Shown here piece after piece: positions 12,445 through 25,250 of a stretch of 64,000 bases of DNA. Position numbers and translations under genes: made by a program. Source of the DNA: Stegostoma tigrinum (lineage: Eukaryota); NCBI RefSeq assembly GCF_030684315.1, contig NC_081363.1, positions 56,610,312 to 56,674,311 of the forward strand. Reading direction: 5' to 3'. Below the pieces are notes generated by a model. That model was not told the DNA's origin. It did no database searches and was given only the letters and a program-made list of their open reading frames with translations. The first letter of the stretch is position 1. Each line of letters begins with the position of its first letter.

Positions 12445-12899
12445 TTTATTAATAGTGGTGCCCTTGTTTTGGATGATGTGTAATAGCGTCATATCTTCCT
12501 GGTCAGGTAAAGAATTCTATGATTGTATTTAAAGAGAAATGGGACACTATCCAGATGTACTTCTCAGCATCCATCCAACAACTAAGACCATCAAAAAGAA
12601 CTTGGCCAAATTTTGAATACTTTTTTTGTCAATAAGCCCTTGCTTTGTGAAAACTGGGTGTAGTATGTACCTATATACTAGCAGTTAATTTCAGAAGTAT
12701 TTTATTGATGTTGGAGAAGAGTGGTGTGGTTGTAAGTATCTGAAGCTGCAAAATCTTTGGAGAATGAGCACACATGATACAACATTGTCAAAGTCACAGA
12801 AAATATCATCTTGCAGCATAAGTTATTAGAACATATGGTAGCTTTGGGATGTTCTACAACATTATAGAAACAATAATATGAGAAATCTAAATCTTCATT

Positions 12900-13460
12900 C
12901 AGATTTGATGAATCTAATTGGCAAAGGTAGCCTTGGGAACAAGATCCCATATTGTATTTGGGACAATCTCTTAGAAGCATACATTGTGAATTAACCGGGG
13001 AACAGGACATTTTAGACATGGGACTGTTTCATGAGTGAGGATTAATTAATGATCACAGATTCAGTTTAAGGATGTGAAATTTGAGTGCAAAACTATTGTG
13101 TGAAATAAATAAAGGCAATTATAAAGGTACAAAGAAAGAGTTAGCTGAAGTAGACGTGGAGTATTGGTAAAAAGCTGATAATCAGTGGGAGGCATATAAA
13201 TGATCTTTCATACATCTTTCAACCAGTATATATTCTATTGAGAAAGGAAGATTCAATGAGGATGATAAACAATCCATGGCTAAAAGCATCCTAAGAGTAG
13301 TAGAAAATCAAAGCAAAAAGGGGAGAAGAAGTTAAAACAGTTACTATCATGAGAGAGAAATTATGAGGAAAACTCATGGGACTAAAGGTCGATAAGTCCT
13401 TGGAGCTGTTGGCCTGTATCCAAATGTCATAAAAAAAGAGCTAATAGAGATTCAAAAAAC
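12900..13460 (+). mobile_element. Old CR1 ORF2 fragment (endonuclease-linker)
   Basis: Decayed motifs gatcac..., aataaaggcaattataaagg, ccatggctaa, gataagtcct. Confidence 0.6.
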
Positions 13461-15129
13461 ATGCTCCCGATCCCACTGCATGCCTTTGGAACACACTCCC
13501 ATAGATGTGTAAGTCTGAGTGTAGCCTTGTGACTTATAAGCAGAGAGTGCTCCTTTAAATGATGAGCTGGCTATTCTCCTACAGTAATCAAAAGGTTAAA
13601 AAAAAATCGCGTCCCAAACATTATTGATCTACTCAACAACACCCTTTTGCTGGAGATTTTCTGAAATAATGACAATTAAAATAGTAAGTTTAGTGGAGGA
13701 ATTACAGAAAGCAATGTCACATTATGGTTATAAATTATGCAGCCATCGTTTTGGCGCAAAGTAATTTTATTTGATTAGTGATAAAACTGAAGTTTATATA
13801 AAACTGCTCAAAAACTAGAAAAACAGCAGAGTACTTCGATAAATGGAAGCCAATCTCTACAGCAATACTTTTTTGTTGTTTCTGCAAATTCAAACGCTGC
13901 TTAAGAGGTCCAATACTGCAGTAAGAGTTTGTTTTGTTCCTGCAGTTGCAAACTTATACAATGTAAATGATATTTGAAAAAGTCCTCAACCTGTCTTTGG
14001 CAAAGTTTACATCAGTCCAGAGTTCAGAAAAATGCAACCCAGTAAGTGCTCAGTGTTTGCTTTGTTCAGATTTTCAGAGGAAATAGGAGCACTGACCTGT
14101 TCAGGGCTGCCTGAAGCGTGGACAGCTAAGGGTTTGAAATGCAAACTGAATGCACTAGTTGTTAGTGCGTTTGACTGTTTCAAAGCAAACAGCTTTTTTT
14201 CGATCAATGCATATGTAGTGATTTACTTTGCTGGCTGTTTTCTTTGTTACATAATAGAGTTACGTTTCAGTTATTCTTCAGCTAAACTGATGCCAAAGCT
14301 CTCATAATAGCACATTGAACATTTCCCTGTGATTATCAGAGAAAAGCAGACTCACATAAAGGTTCACTGTTTGTGTCAGATGAATCAGAACAGTTTCAGA
14401 AACTCCACATCTTACTAACATTCACCAAAAATCTTTTTGTCATTTAAACAGTGGTGAAAGTATCTACAAACTTCTTTTTATGCTGCTATCAGTCGTTCAA
14501 GGGGCATTTCTATGCAGAAGTTACTTGGGCTCTCTCACTTAAGGCTTTGATCTGCTTTACTATCATGTTGGCTGAGATTACATGAGACTGCAGAGTACAC
14601 AAGGCTGTCTGCTCTTGACTCAAATATAAAAGAGTGCTGTTTATATTCAGCAACTGATTAGCCAACTCAGTTAATATTTGCATGATGGGAAGATATTTAG
14701 TTTTTTATGTGACACTGGTTTTAATTTAGACAGGAAGAAAGTTGCTGGTGTGTTAACCTGTCTTGTCACAAAGAGCCAATCTGAAATGAGTAAGGAGGAG
14801 AAATCTCTCATGGTCTGTTTCAGGCCTAAGTTGAGCAATTTACGTGAGAGAACATTGGAATTTGAGGACAGCGTTGTATTCAGCCTGAAGTTAACTAATA
14901 TTATCTAAACATTTGCTTCACTGGTAGAAAGGATGGAGAAACAACAGGAGGGTGAGGGCTTTGCCTGCTCTTACAGGATTGACAGGAATGACAATTGAAT
15001 TTTAATAAAATAACTTGTTGATTGCTGCATAAGCCGCAATAGTTAGTGTGGAATCTGAGCTGGATCCAATATTATGTTCCACTTTTAGTTCAGGGGGTAA
15101 ATCATGTTTTGGTCTCTTTTTATTCATTC

Positions 15130-17520
15130 ATTGGATATATCCATCTGTCAGTTCTTCTATTTTCTTCACAGCCTACTTTCCTACCTATTTTTATATCATC
15201 TGCAAACTCAGTCACCTTGCCTTCAACCTCTGAGTTAAGTCATTTTTCAAATGGATAAAGATTGAAGGCCCAGCAGAAACCCCACTCATCACATTCTGCC
15301 AATCTGTAAAAGACACATTTATGCAGATCCTCTATTTTCTGGCAGCTAGCCCATCTTCTTTTCATGTAAGCATATTACTTCCCACACCATGAGCTTTAAC
15401 TTGCACAATAACCTTGTGAAATACCTTCGGGAAATCCTGTACAGTTGATCGATGGGCTCTCTATATTCATAGCATATTACAACTTCAAAAAAATTCTCAT
15501 TGGTTGGCTAAACATGCTTTGCCTTTCATAAAACCATGCTGACTGTTCCCAAAGTTTGAAGTATCCAGTTATAACCTCCTTATTAATTGATTCTAAAAGC
15601 TTCTCAATAACATAGGTCAACTTAGCTGGTTGACAGTTTTCTGCTTCCATCTCTTCCTGAACAGAATGTTATATTTGCTGTCTTCCAGACTAATGGAACA
15701 TTCCCAGAGTATACTGAAGTTTGGACTATCTCATTAGTTCCCTCTTATAAGGACACCTAAGATTAAGCCCATCAGGACCCAGAGACTCATCAACTGGGCA
15801 AGGGAACCTCCTGCTGATTATCACATACTGTCCTCCCTCAGTTGATGAATCAGTGCTATGCCATGTTACACAACACTTAGAGGAAGCTCTCAGAGTGGCA
15901 AGGGTGCAAAATTTACTCAGGATTGGGATTTCACGCCCACCATGAAGAATGGCCTGGCAGCAGAACTACGGATCGAGCTGGTCGGGCCCTAAAGTTCATA
16001 GCTGCTAAATTGGGTCTGAGGTAGCTAGTGAGGGAAGTAACAAGAGGGTAAAACATACTTGATCTCATCCTTACCAAATCTGCTGGCTGCAGACACATCT
16101 GCCCATGATAATGTCGGTAACAGTGGCCATGGCACAGTCCGTGAAGAGATGAAATCCTGCCTTACTTTGTGAATACTCCATTATGTTGTGTAGCACTATC
16201 ACTGTACTAAATCGGACAGACTTTGAACAAATCTAGCAAAACACGATTGGGCCTCCATGAGGTGCCGTGGGCCATCAACAGCAGCAGAATTGTACTCCAG
16301 GACAGTCTGCAACCTCATGGCCCGGCATATTCCTGGCTCAACCATTACCGTCAAGCCAGGGGATCAACCCTCGTTAATGAAGAGTGATGCTAGGAGGAGC
16401 GCCAGGCATACCTGAAAATGAGGTGTCAACCTGGTGAAGTTACTCGAGTGGACTACTTGCACGCTAAACAGCATAAGCAGCAAGTTATAAACAGACATAG
16501 GCAACCCTACAACCAACGGATCAGATCTAAGATCTGCAGTCCTGCCACATCCAGTCCTAAATTCAATGGAGGAGGAGACTCCACAAATATCCCTATCCTC
16601 AATGTTGGAAGAGTCCATCAGTGCAAAAAATAAGGCTGAAGCAGTCACAGCAATCAGCCAAATTCTCCCCAGCATCACAGTTATCAATCTTCAGCCAATT
16701 TGATTTACTCCATGTGATACCAAGAAACTTTCCCTAACTTCTTAAGTTACTCATAAATAATGGATCCTCCCTTTAGCATTCTTCTTTATAGTAGTAATAT
16801 GCTTTTTCAGAGTGTTCTGAAGTATTCCCTTAAGTATCTGTCACTGAGTCATTATTGATCTATCCCTTAGCCTTTAGCTACATCCCCTTTCATGCTTAGT
16901 TTTAAAATACAAGTTGTAGTCTCAATCTTCTCCCTTCCAAACTTGATGTAAAGTTTAATCATATTGTGGTTGCTGCTACCTAAGAGTGCTTAACTCTGAA
17001 GCCATTAATTAATCCTACCACATGACATAATCTTGCCGAACATGCTGATCTGATAAACTGTCTCAAAAAGTACTCTAAGAACTCCTAATCTTGGCTATTA
17101 TTGCCAATCTGAAATTATAAGCAAACTGCCAAACTTTTATCACAATCACCCAATGTTTATTCTTAAATTCTTTGTCCCACAGTGCAGTTGTTGTTAGCTG
17201 TACCATTAAGCCACTTCCATTAATGACAGCTTTCCCCATGCTCTTCAACTCCACCCAAACTGATTCTACATCCTAATCTTCTGAGTGATCTCTAATGATT
17301 GCACAATTGCCATTATGATTAACAGTGTTACTGTTACCTCAGTGTCTAGTTTCCTACATGAATGTCATATACTCTTGATATTCAAGATCAGTCCTTGTCA
17401 TCTTTCAGCCAGGTCTTTGTAATGTAATCCGATCAGATCACATGCATTTACTTCAAAGTTCTCTATCAAGTCATTTATTTTGATCTGAATGCTACGCATA
17501 TTCATATACACAATCTGTCC
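15130..17520 (-). mobile_element. Old CR1 ORF2 on minus strand, interrupted at 15795-16725
   Basis: tcatctgcaaac (antisense FADD), aaaccatgctgact (antisense SQHGF), cccatcaggacc (antisense GPDG). Confidence 0.65.
15795..16725 (+). mobile_element. Second LINE family (CR1/L2 group, clade undetermined), endonuclease region
   Basis: GDF-like and LDLILT motifs; shares ggatcagatctaag.tctgcagtcctg with 59573 and, antisense, 37810-37850. Confidence 0.7.
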
Positions 17521-17624
17521 TGATTATTCATGTAGTCCTGGGTTTCTTTTTTCTTTCCACTCCTTCCTGTAAGTCTCTGATTCTCATTTCCCACATTTCT
17601 ATTTTCCTCCCTTCCTCATCTCTA

Positions 17625-17833
17625 CAGGCAGTTCCTAGGTTATGAACAGATTCTGTTCTGAAGTCTGTTCACAAGTTGATTTATACAAAAGTTAGAACAA
17701 AGTGCAGGGCAATATCGAGGAATGTTTGTTAGTACAGGAAATGTCTGTAATACTGGTTCTTTAAAATTACATCTCTGTATGCTCGTAAGTCCGAGTGTAC
17801 GTGAGTCAGATGTTTGAAAATTGGGGATCCCAC
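17625..17833. mobile_element. Tigger/pogo-like (Tc1-mariner) MITE
   Basis: TA-CAGGCAGTTCCTAGGTTATGAAC...GTTTGAAAATTGGGGATCCCAC-TA: degenerate Tigger-type TIRs with TA flanks. Confidence 0.55.
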
Positions 17834-18544
17834 TACTTTTAACATGCCACATCTTTCTCCATTTGATCCCCTGCCTCCATTATTTGTTTTAAAACCTCTA
17901 CATCCCTAGTTGTGGCCCAGTCGAAATGTCGGCCAGCTGAATGCTACAATTCCCACTAGTAGTGGTGTCAATAGACCACAAACTGGAACCCATTTCTCTC
18001 ACACCAATCTTTGAGCCATGTATTCATCTCTCTAGTTTTATGTATCCCAAATAAATCTGCATGTGAATCAAGTAATAATCTGGAGATTATAAGGGTTATG
18101 GTTCAGTATTTTTAACTTAGTGTCTAATTCCTCACACGGCCTATGCAAACTCTGTCTCTTGGTTCTACCTAAGTTGTTGATACCTAAATGCACCACAACC
18201 ACTCAACTTTTCCATCCCCTCCCATTCCTTTCCATCCCTGATCAGATGTCCCAACTCTAACAGCAGGGAGACCGTACAGCCATTTGGATTCTTGGCCTTT
18301 GCTGCAGGGAGCCCTATCAATCCACCTCAATATACTATCATTTACTACTGCTACATTCTTTGTTCATCGCCCTCTTGAATAGTTTCCTATACAATTGTCA
18401 GTTTGCATATCTTCTCTGCAGTCCTGACTCTCATCCAATCAGGTTGAGAGAACCTGAACACTAATGGACATTTCAAGAAACTAACAGTCCTGGACTCTTG
18501 GGTCCCTTTATTTTGTCACACTCACAGACACAATGAAAATACAG

Positions 18545-18785
18545 TGATATCAGAAAAAAAACTGTTTTTACATAGCCACTTGTTAGGGTATAGAATACAC
18601 TGCCTGGAAACATGGTCGAGGTAGGTTCAATTGAGGCATTCAGAGGCATTGGATGTATTTTAAACAGTAAGTCTTCAGGAATAAGAGGAAGAAGCAGGAT
18701 AGTGGCACTGGATAGCCGACCCAGACTAGATAGTACAACCTATATGGCATGCTGAGCTCAATGACCTCATTCTGCCATGTAATAA
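18545..18785 (+). mobile_element. CR1 3' end, degenerate
   Basis: tagaatacactgcctgg...gaggcattcagaggcattggatg resembles the WNxLP region and 3' UTR. Confidence 0.6.
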
Positions 18786-18843
18786 GTCTTTGTTTCAATG
18801 ATAGTTGCAAGTACATAGAGTAATCAATATATAAGCCACACTT

Positions 18844-19590
18844 ATGCATGTTAAAAAAATTACTGAAGTGTTTTTGAAGCCACCTAAAGAAGTGAATCAT
18901 GTAGGAGAGAAGCTGTGGAAATTAAACAGATGCATTTCTGGATTGATGGTTGCGTCACAGGTGTGGTATTTCTTGGCTAAGTCTGTGTTCTCAAAAATAG
19001 GCTATACTCAACTGAAACCAGATCCTGCAATATCCTGGAAGAAAAACTGTGTTACATCTTTAGAGATAACAAAGTGTGGAGCTGGATGAACACAGCAGCC
19101 AAGCAGTATCACCACCCACGCCCTCCACCCCCTCCGGAACTTCCAATTCCCCGGTCCCCAATACCAAAAGAAACTAAGATGCTGTTAGCCTGCTGTGTTC
19201 ATCCAGCTCCACACTTTGTTATCTTGGATTCTCTAGCATCGGTAGTTCCCATTATCTCTGAATACATCTTTACGATTCATATTGATGATTTTGTATGGGG
19301 AGGTTCTGTGACTTTGAACAATTTGTTACATAAAAGATCAGGGGTGTATTTAAGATTAGCAGACAAGTTTTAGGAGCCTTTCAATATATAAATTTGGGCA
19401 TGAAATAGAATAGAGCAGAAATAATCTTACATTAACAATCATACCTAAAGATGCTACTCATATTCCAGGTTAGGTCATCAAAGGAAAATGATCTTACAAA
19501 AGAAACCGAGCAGTTCAGATGTTTAATTAGACAGTTAAATTGACTGTGTAAATCAGACCAGACCCAACACTAGTTGACATATTGGAAATA
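18844..19590 (+). mobile_element. Ty1/copia LTR retrotransposon RT fragment (GalEa-like by inference)
   Basis: VFLKPPKE...LWKLNRCISGL..ASQVWY...LKPDPA, then IHIDDFVWGG after removing the 19063-19262 insert, then decayed LIRQLN*/QTRP. Confidence 0.8.
19063..19262. mobile_element. Fold-back PLE-terminus element with 10 bp TSD
   Basis: Arms agataacaaagtgtggagctggatgaacacagca / reverse complement; TSD tacatcttta at 19053-19062 and 19263-19272. Confidence 0.88.
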
Positions 19591-20780
19591 ATAGAACATA
19601 GAACACAGAACATTACAGCACAGTACAGGCCCTTCGGCCCTCGATGTTGTGCTGACCTGTCATACCAATTTGAAGCCCATCTAACCTACACTATTCCATG
19701 TACGTCCATATGCTTGTCCAATGATGACTTAAATGTACTTAAAGTTGGTGAATCTACTACCATTGCAGGCAAAGCGTTCCATATCCTTACTACCCTCTGA
19801 GTAAAGAAACTACTTCTGACATCTGTCCTATATCTTTCACCCCTCAATTTAAAGCTATGCCCCCTCGTGCTCGCCGTCACCATCCTAGGAAAAAGGCTCT
19901 CACTATCCACCCTATCTAACCGTCTGATTATCTTACATGTCTCAATTAAGTCACCTCTCAACCTTCTTCTCTCCAACGAAAACAGCCTCAAGTCCCTCAG
20001 CCTTTCCACGTAAGACCTTCCCTCCATACCAGGCAACATCCTAGTAAATCTCCTCTGCATCCTTTCCAAAGCTTCCACATCCTTCTTATAATGCGGTGAC
20101 CAGAACTGTATGCAATACTCCAAGTGCAGCCGCACCAGAGTTTTGTACAGCTGCAACATAACCTCTTGGTGCTGGAAATCGATCCCTCTATCAATAAAAG
20201 CTAAAACACTGTATGCCTTCTTAACAGCCCTGTCAACCTGGGTGGCAACTTTCAAGGATCTGTGTACATGGACACCGAGATCTCTCTGCTCATCTACACT
20301 ACTAAGAATCTTACCATTAGCCCTGTACTTTGCATTCCGGTTACTCCTACCAAAGTGCATCACCTCACACTTGTCCGCATTAAACTCCATTTGCCACCTC
20401 TCAGCCTAGCTCTGCAGCTTATCTATGTCTCTCTGCAGCCTACAACATCCTTTGTCACTATCCACAACTCCACCGACCTTAGTGTCATCTGCAAATTTAC
20501 TAACCCATCCTTCTACGCCCTCATCCAGGTCATTTATAAAAATGACAAACAGCAGTGGACCCAACACCGACCCTTGCGGTACACCACTAGTAACTGGACT
20601 CCAGGATGAACATTTCCCATCAACCACTATCCTCTGTCTTCTTTCAGCAAGCCAATTTCTAATCCAAACTGCTATATCTCTCACAATCCCATTCCTCCGC
20701 ATTTTGTACAATAGCCTACTGTGGGGAACCTTATTGAAAGCCTTGCTGAAATCCATATACTCCACATCAACCGGTTTACT

Positions 20781-20808
20781 CTGATGAAGGGTCTAGGCCC
20801 GAAACGTC
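20781..20808 (+). ncRNA. Minimal hammerhead ribozyme motif
   Basis: CTGATGA-A-GGGT(CTAG)GCCC-GAAACGTC; predicted cleavage after 20808 if active. Confidence 0.7.
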
Positions 20809-20910
20809 AGCTTTTGTGCTCCTGAGATGCTGCTTGGCCTGCTGTGTTCATCCAGCCTCACATTTTATTATCTTGGAATCTCCAGCATCTGCAGTTCCCA
20901 TTATCTCTGA
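20783..20910 (+). mobile_element. Solo ~130 bp PLE terminus inserted into CR1 RT
   Basis: TSD/microhomology tactct at 20777-20782 and 20911-20916; removing it restores the CR1 text ggtttactctcatctacc. Confidence 0.92.
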
Positions 20911-22410
20911 TACTCTCATCTACCTGTTTGGTCACCTTCTCAAAGAACTCAATAAGGTTTGTGAGGCACGACCTACTCTTCACAAAACTGTGCTGACTAT
21001 CCCTAATCAATTTATTCTTTTCTAGATGATTATAAATCCTATCTCTTACAACCTTTTCCAACACTTTACCAACAACTGAGGTAAGGTTCACTGGTCTACA
21101 ATTACCAGGGTTGTTTCTACTCCCCTTGTTGAACAGGGGAACCACATTTGCTATCCTCCAGTCTTCTGGCACTATTCCTGTAGACAATGACGAGTTAAAG
21201 AACAATACCTCCCTGGCAATCTCCTCCCTGGCTTCCCAGAGGATCAGAGGATAAATCCCATCCGGCCCAGGGGACTTATCTATTTTCACACTCTGTAGGA
21301 TTTCTAATACCTCTTCCTTGTGAACCTCAATCTCACCTAGTCCAGTAGCCTGTATCTCAGTATTCTCCTCGACAAATCGTCATTTTCTAGATTGAATACT
21401 GTCGAAAAATATTCATTTAGTGCTTCCCCTATCTCATCTGATTCCACACACAACTTCCCACTACTATCATTGATTAGCCCTAATCTTACTCTCGTCATTC
21501 TTTTATTCCTTAAATACCTATAGAAAGCCTTAGGGTTTACCCTGATCCTATCCACCAACAACTTCTCATGTCTCCTCCTGACTCTTCTGAGCTCTCTCTT
21601 TAGGTCTTTCCTGGCTACCTTGTAGCCCTCAAGTGCCCTTACTGAGCCTTCACCTCTCATCCTAACATAAGCCGCCTTCTCCCTCTTGACCAGAGATTCC
21701 ACTTCCTTCGTAAACCACGGCTCCTGCGCTCTACAGCTTCCTCACTGCCTGACAGGTGCAAACTTATCTAGGACACACAGGAGCTTTTCCTTGAATAAGC
21801 TCCACATTTCTAATGTGCCCATCCCCTGCAGTTTCCTTCCCCATCCTATATTTCCTAAATCTTGCCTAATCTCATCGTAATTGCCTTTCCCCCAGCTATA
21901 ACTCTTGCCCAGTGGTATACACCTATCCCTTTCCATCACCAGAGTACACATAACAGAATTGTGATCGCTATCACTAAAGTGCTCACCTACGTCCAAATCT
22001 AACACCTGGCCGGGCTCATTACCAAGTACCAAATCTAATGTGGCTTCGCCCCTGTTGGCCTGTCTACATACTGTGTCAGGAAGCCCTCCTACACACACTG
22101 GACAAAAACTTACCCATCTATAGTACTCGAACTATAGTGCTCCCAGTCAATATTTGGAAAGTTAAGTCCCCCATGACAACTACCCTGTCTCTCTCACTCC
22201 TATCGAGAATCATCTTTGCTATCCTTTCTTCTCCGTATCTGGAACTATTCGGAGGCCTATAGAAAACTCCCAACAGGGTGACCTTTCCTTTCCTGTTTCT
22301 AACCTCGGCCCATACTACCTCAGTTGACGAGTCCCCAAACATCCTTTCTGCAACTGTGATACTGTCCTGATCAACAATGTCACATTTTATATGGAAATAT
22401 TTTACAATTG

Positions 22411-22628
22411 GAGTCACAGTCATAGAGTTGTAACAGCATGGACACAGACCCCTTGGTCCAATTCATCCACATCAACCTGATATCCTAAATTAATCTAATC
22501 CCATTTGCCAGAATTTAGCCCAGTAGCCCTCTAAGCTTTTCCTATTCATGTACCCATCCAATGCCTTTTCAATGTTTTAATTGTACCAGCCCTCCACCAC
22601 TTCTTTTAGCAGCTCATTCCATACACCA
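22411..22628 (-). mobile_element. CR1 3' end
   Basis: gagtcacagtcatagag tail and UTR homologous to 63352-63560. Confidence 0.8.
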
Positions 22629-22629
22629 A

Positions 22630-22880
22630 ATATTTTACTCAGAATTCTATACCAAGGCACCCTGAATAGAGATGGCTCATTGAATACTATGTAGAAGTCA
22701 TTCACTGAGATAATACACATTTTTCAAAGAGTGCGGCTCAGAGAAAGGTAAGGATTTATCTGCTGATATAAAGGATATGTTAAAGAAAAAGAAATCTCAA
22801 AAATAAAATGGATGATACACGTTACCAATTATCAGAATGCTTTATGAAATGGATTGCTGACTTGAAGAAATTGTTGGTGA
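22630..22880 (+). mobile_element. Ty1/copia RNase H fragment (continuation of 18844 element)
   Basis: Frameshifted KSAA.EK..RI..ADIKDML..KEISKIKW....YQLSECFMK..ADLKKLL, resembling the copia RNase H C-terminus. Confidence 0.65.
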
Positions 22881-22907
22881 GTAGAAAAGTGTTGCTTGGA
22901 TTATGAT

Positions 22908-25250
22908 TGTCATAGAATCTTAGAGTCCCACAGTATGGAGACAGGCCCTTCGGCCCAAATGAGCCCATGCTCACCAAAATGACCTTCCATGCTAACCCTA
23001 TTTCCCTGCTCTTGACCCATATCCTTCTAAACCTTTCCTATCCATGCATACGTCCAAATGCCTTTTAAATCTTGTTAATGTACCGACACCAACCACTTCT
23101 GCCAGCATCTCATTCTATATGAGTATCACCCTCTAAATAATGAGATGCCATAAGATCCCCCCTCAGTTTCCTATGCTGTAATGAAAAACGTCCTAACCTG
23201 TCTATCCTCTCTTTATAACTCAGTCCCTTGAAGCCTGGCAATGTCTTTGTAAATTCCTTCTGCACTCTTTACAGCTTATTAACATCCTTCCTATAGCAAG
23301 GTAACCAAAACTGGACAGAACACTTCAAATGTGGCCTCACCAATGCCTATAAAACTATAACATAACTTCCCAACTTCTGTACTCAATGCCCTGGCTGATG
23401 AAGGTCAGCGTGCCAAAAGCCTTCTTCACTGCCCTGTCTACCTGTGACTCCATTTTCAAAGAACTGTGCACCTGAACTTCAAAGCCATTCTGTTCCTTCA
23501 GAACACTCCTTAAGGCCTTACCATTCACCATGAAACTCCTACCTTGATTTCACTTTCCAAAATGCAACATCTCACACTTCTCTACACAAAACTCCATTTA
23601 CCATTTCTCAGCCCACTTCCCCAGCTGATCAAGATCCTGCTGTAATTTTTGATAACTTTCCTCACTGTCCACAATACTGTCTATTTTAGTGTCATCTGCA
23701 AACTTACTAATCAGGCCTTGTACATTTTCATCCAATTCATTGATATAGGTAACAAACATAAATGGGCCCATCACCGATCCCTGTGGCACACCACAAGTCA
23801 CAGGCCTCCAGTCCAAGAAGCATCCTTCCACTATGTTTCCTCCCATCAAAACAATCGTGTATCCAATTTGCAAGCTCTCCCTCGATTTTGTGCGACCTAA
23901 CCTTCCAGAGCAACCTACCATTTGGAACTTTATCAAAGGCCTTAGTGTAATCCATATAGACCATGTCTACTACCCTGCTGTCATCAGCCTTCCTAGTGAC
24001 TTCAAAGAACTCTAACAAATTTGTGAGCCATGATCTGCCACAAACAAAGCCATGCTGACTACTCCTAATCAAACCCAGGCTTTCTAAGTGCATGTAAGCC
24101 CCCAAATAGTCAATGGGAATTATAGGAACAAATATACAGGGAGACAGCAGAAACTTGCAGGAGAAATAGGGTTGTCAATAGTGGGGGATTTTAACTTTCC
24201 TAACTAGGTCTGCATTAGTGTTAATGGCTTTGATGGGGTGGAATTTCTTAAATGTGTGCAAGAATGTTTGTCAAGCAGTATATAGAGGGTCCTACTCGGG
24301 AAGGGGCAAAACTCGACCTACTCTTGGGAAATAGGGCTGGATAGGTGACTGAGGTGACAGTGGGGGAGCGCATTGGGACCAGTGACCATGGTTCTATCAA
24401 TTTTAAAATAGTTATGGAGAAGGACAAAACTGGTCCACAGGTTCAAGTTCTAAATTGGGGCAAGGCAAATTTTGATGGAGTTAGAAAGGAGCTTGCAGGA
24501 ATTTATTGGAGTAGCTCTTTTGCAGGCAAATGGACCCCTGCAAAATGGGAAGTCTTTAAAAGTGTGATAGCTATAGTTCAAAGTCTACATGTTCCTGTGA
24601 GGGTGAAGGGCAGAAAAAAGGAGGCAAGGCTCAGGAATAAGCAGGTGGGATCAAGGGAATCCCCAGGAGTTTACTGAAGAAAGAAATCAGGAGGGCGAAA
24701 AGGGGGTATGAGATAGCCTAGGCTGAGAAGATTAGAATGAATCCAAAGAGATTTTTTCAGTATATCAAGGAAAAAGAATGACTAGAGAGAGAATTTGACT
24801 CCTCAAGGTTCCAAATGGACATATATGTGTGGAACTGTAGGAGATGGCAAAGTCCTCCTCTGTTTTTGCCGTGGACCTGGCCACTGCTGCTTTCCACTGA
24901 ATGGTCGTTCCTCCCGACAGTATCCAAAACTGTATACTGATTTTCGAGGGGAATGGCCACAGGGGATTCCTGCACTCTCTGCCTACTCCCTTTGCCTTTC
25001 CTGCTGGTCACCTTGCTGATCTCGGCCTGCACCTTAGGTGTTACCACCTCACTAAAATTCTTACCTATGATGCGCTCAGCATCTCGGATGATCCTGAGTG
25101 CACCCAGCTCTAACTCCAGTTCCCTAACACGGTCTCCCAGGAGCTGCAGCTGAATGCACCTCCCACAGGGTGTAGTCATCAGGGACGACGGAAGTCTCCC
25201 TGAGCTCCCACATCCTGCAGGAGGAGCGTGCATCTGCCCTAACTACCATC
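22908..25250 (-). mobile_element. Rearranged CR1: 3' UTR/RT (-, 22908-24098), APE segment inverted (+, ~24098-24870), ORF1 N-terminus (-, ~24870-25250)
   Basis: ORFs 23598-23936 and 23737-24105 (SQHGF, GVPQGSVMGP, FADDTK); plus-strand VGDFN, LDLLLGN, SDH; ORF 24757-25233 CGRCIQLQLLGDRVRELE. Confidence 0.85.

Larger units (their letters stand above)
11050..12890 (+). mobile_element. Deu-domain SINE (SacSINE1-like), split by the Penelope insertion
   Basis: tRNA-like head ttggctcagt...ttcaagttccac before 11177; resumes ggtgcccttgttttggatga at ~12456; tail gctttgggatgttc at ~12841. Confidence 0.55.
19591..22385 (-). mobile_element. Young CR1 (HER1-type) LINE, most of ORF2 (APE plus RT), 5'-truncated, non-intact
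   Basis: Consecutive ORFs with [61 protein letters not shown]; (ATAGAAC)n tail; TSD core tggaaata at 19583-19590 and 22392-22399. Confidence 0.96.

Noticed and set aside
14131-14186. Imperfect hairpin (tttgaaa...aatgcacta/tagtgcgtt...tttcaaa) as a pre-miRNA
   Set aside because: Short interrupted stem, no recognised mature sequence; compatible with chance.
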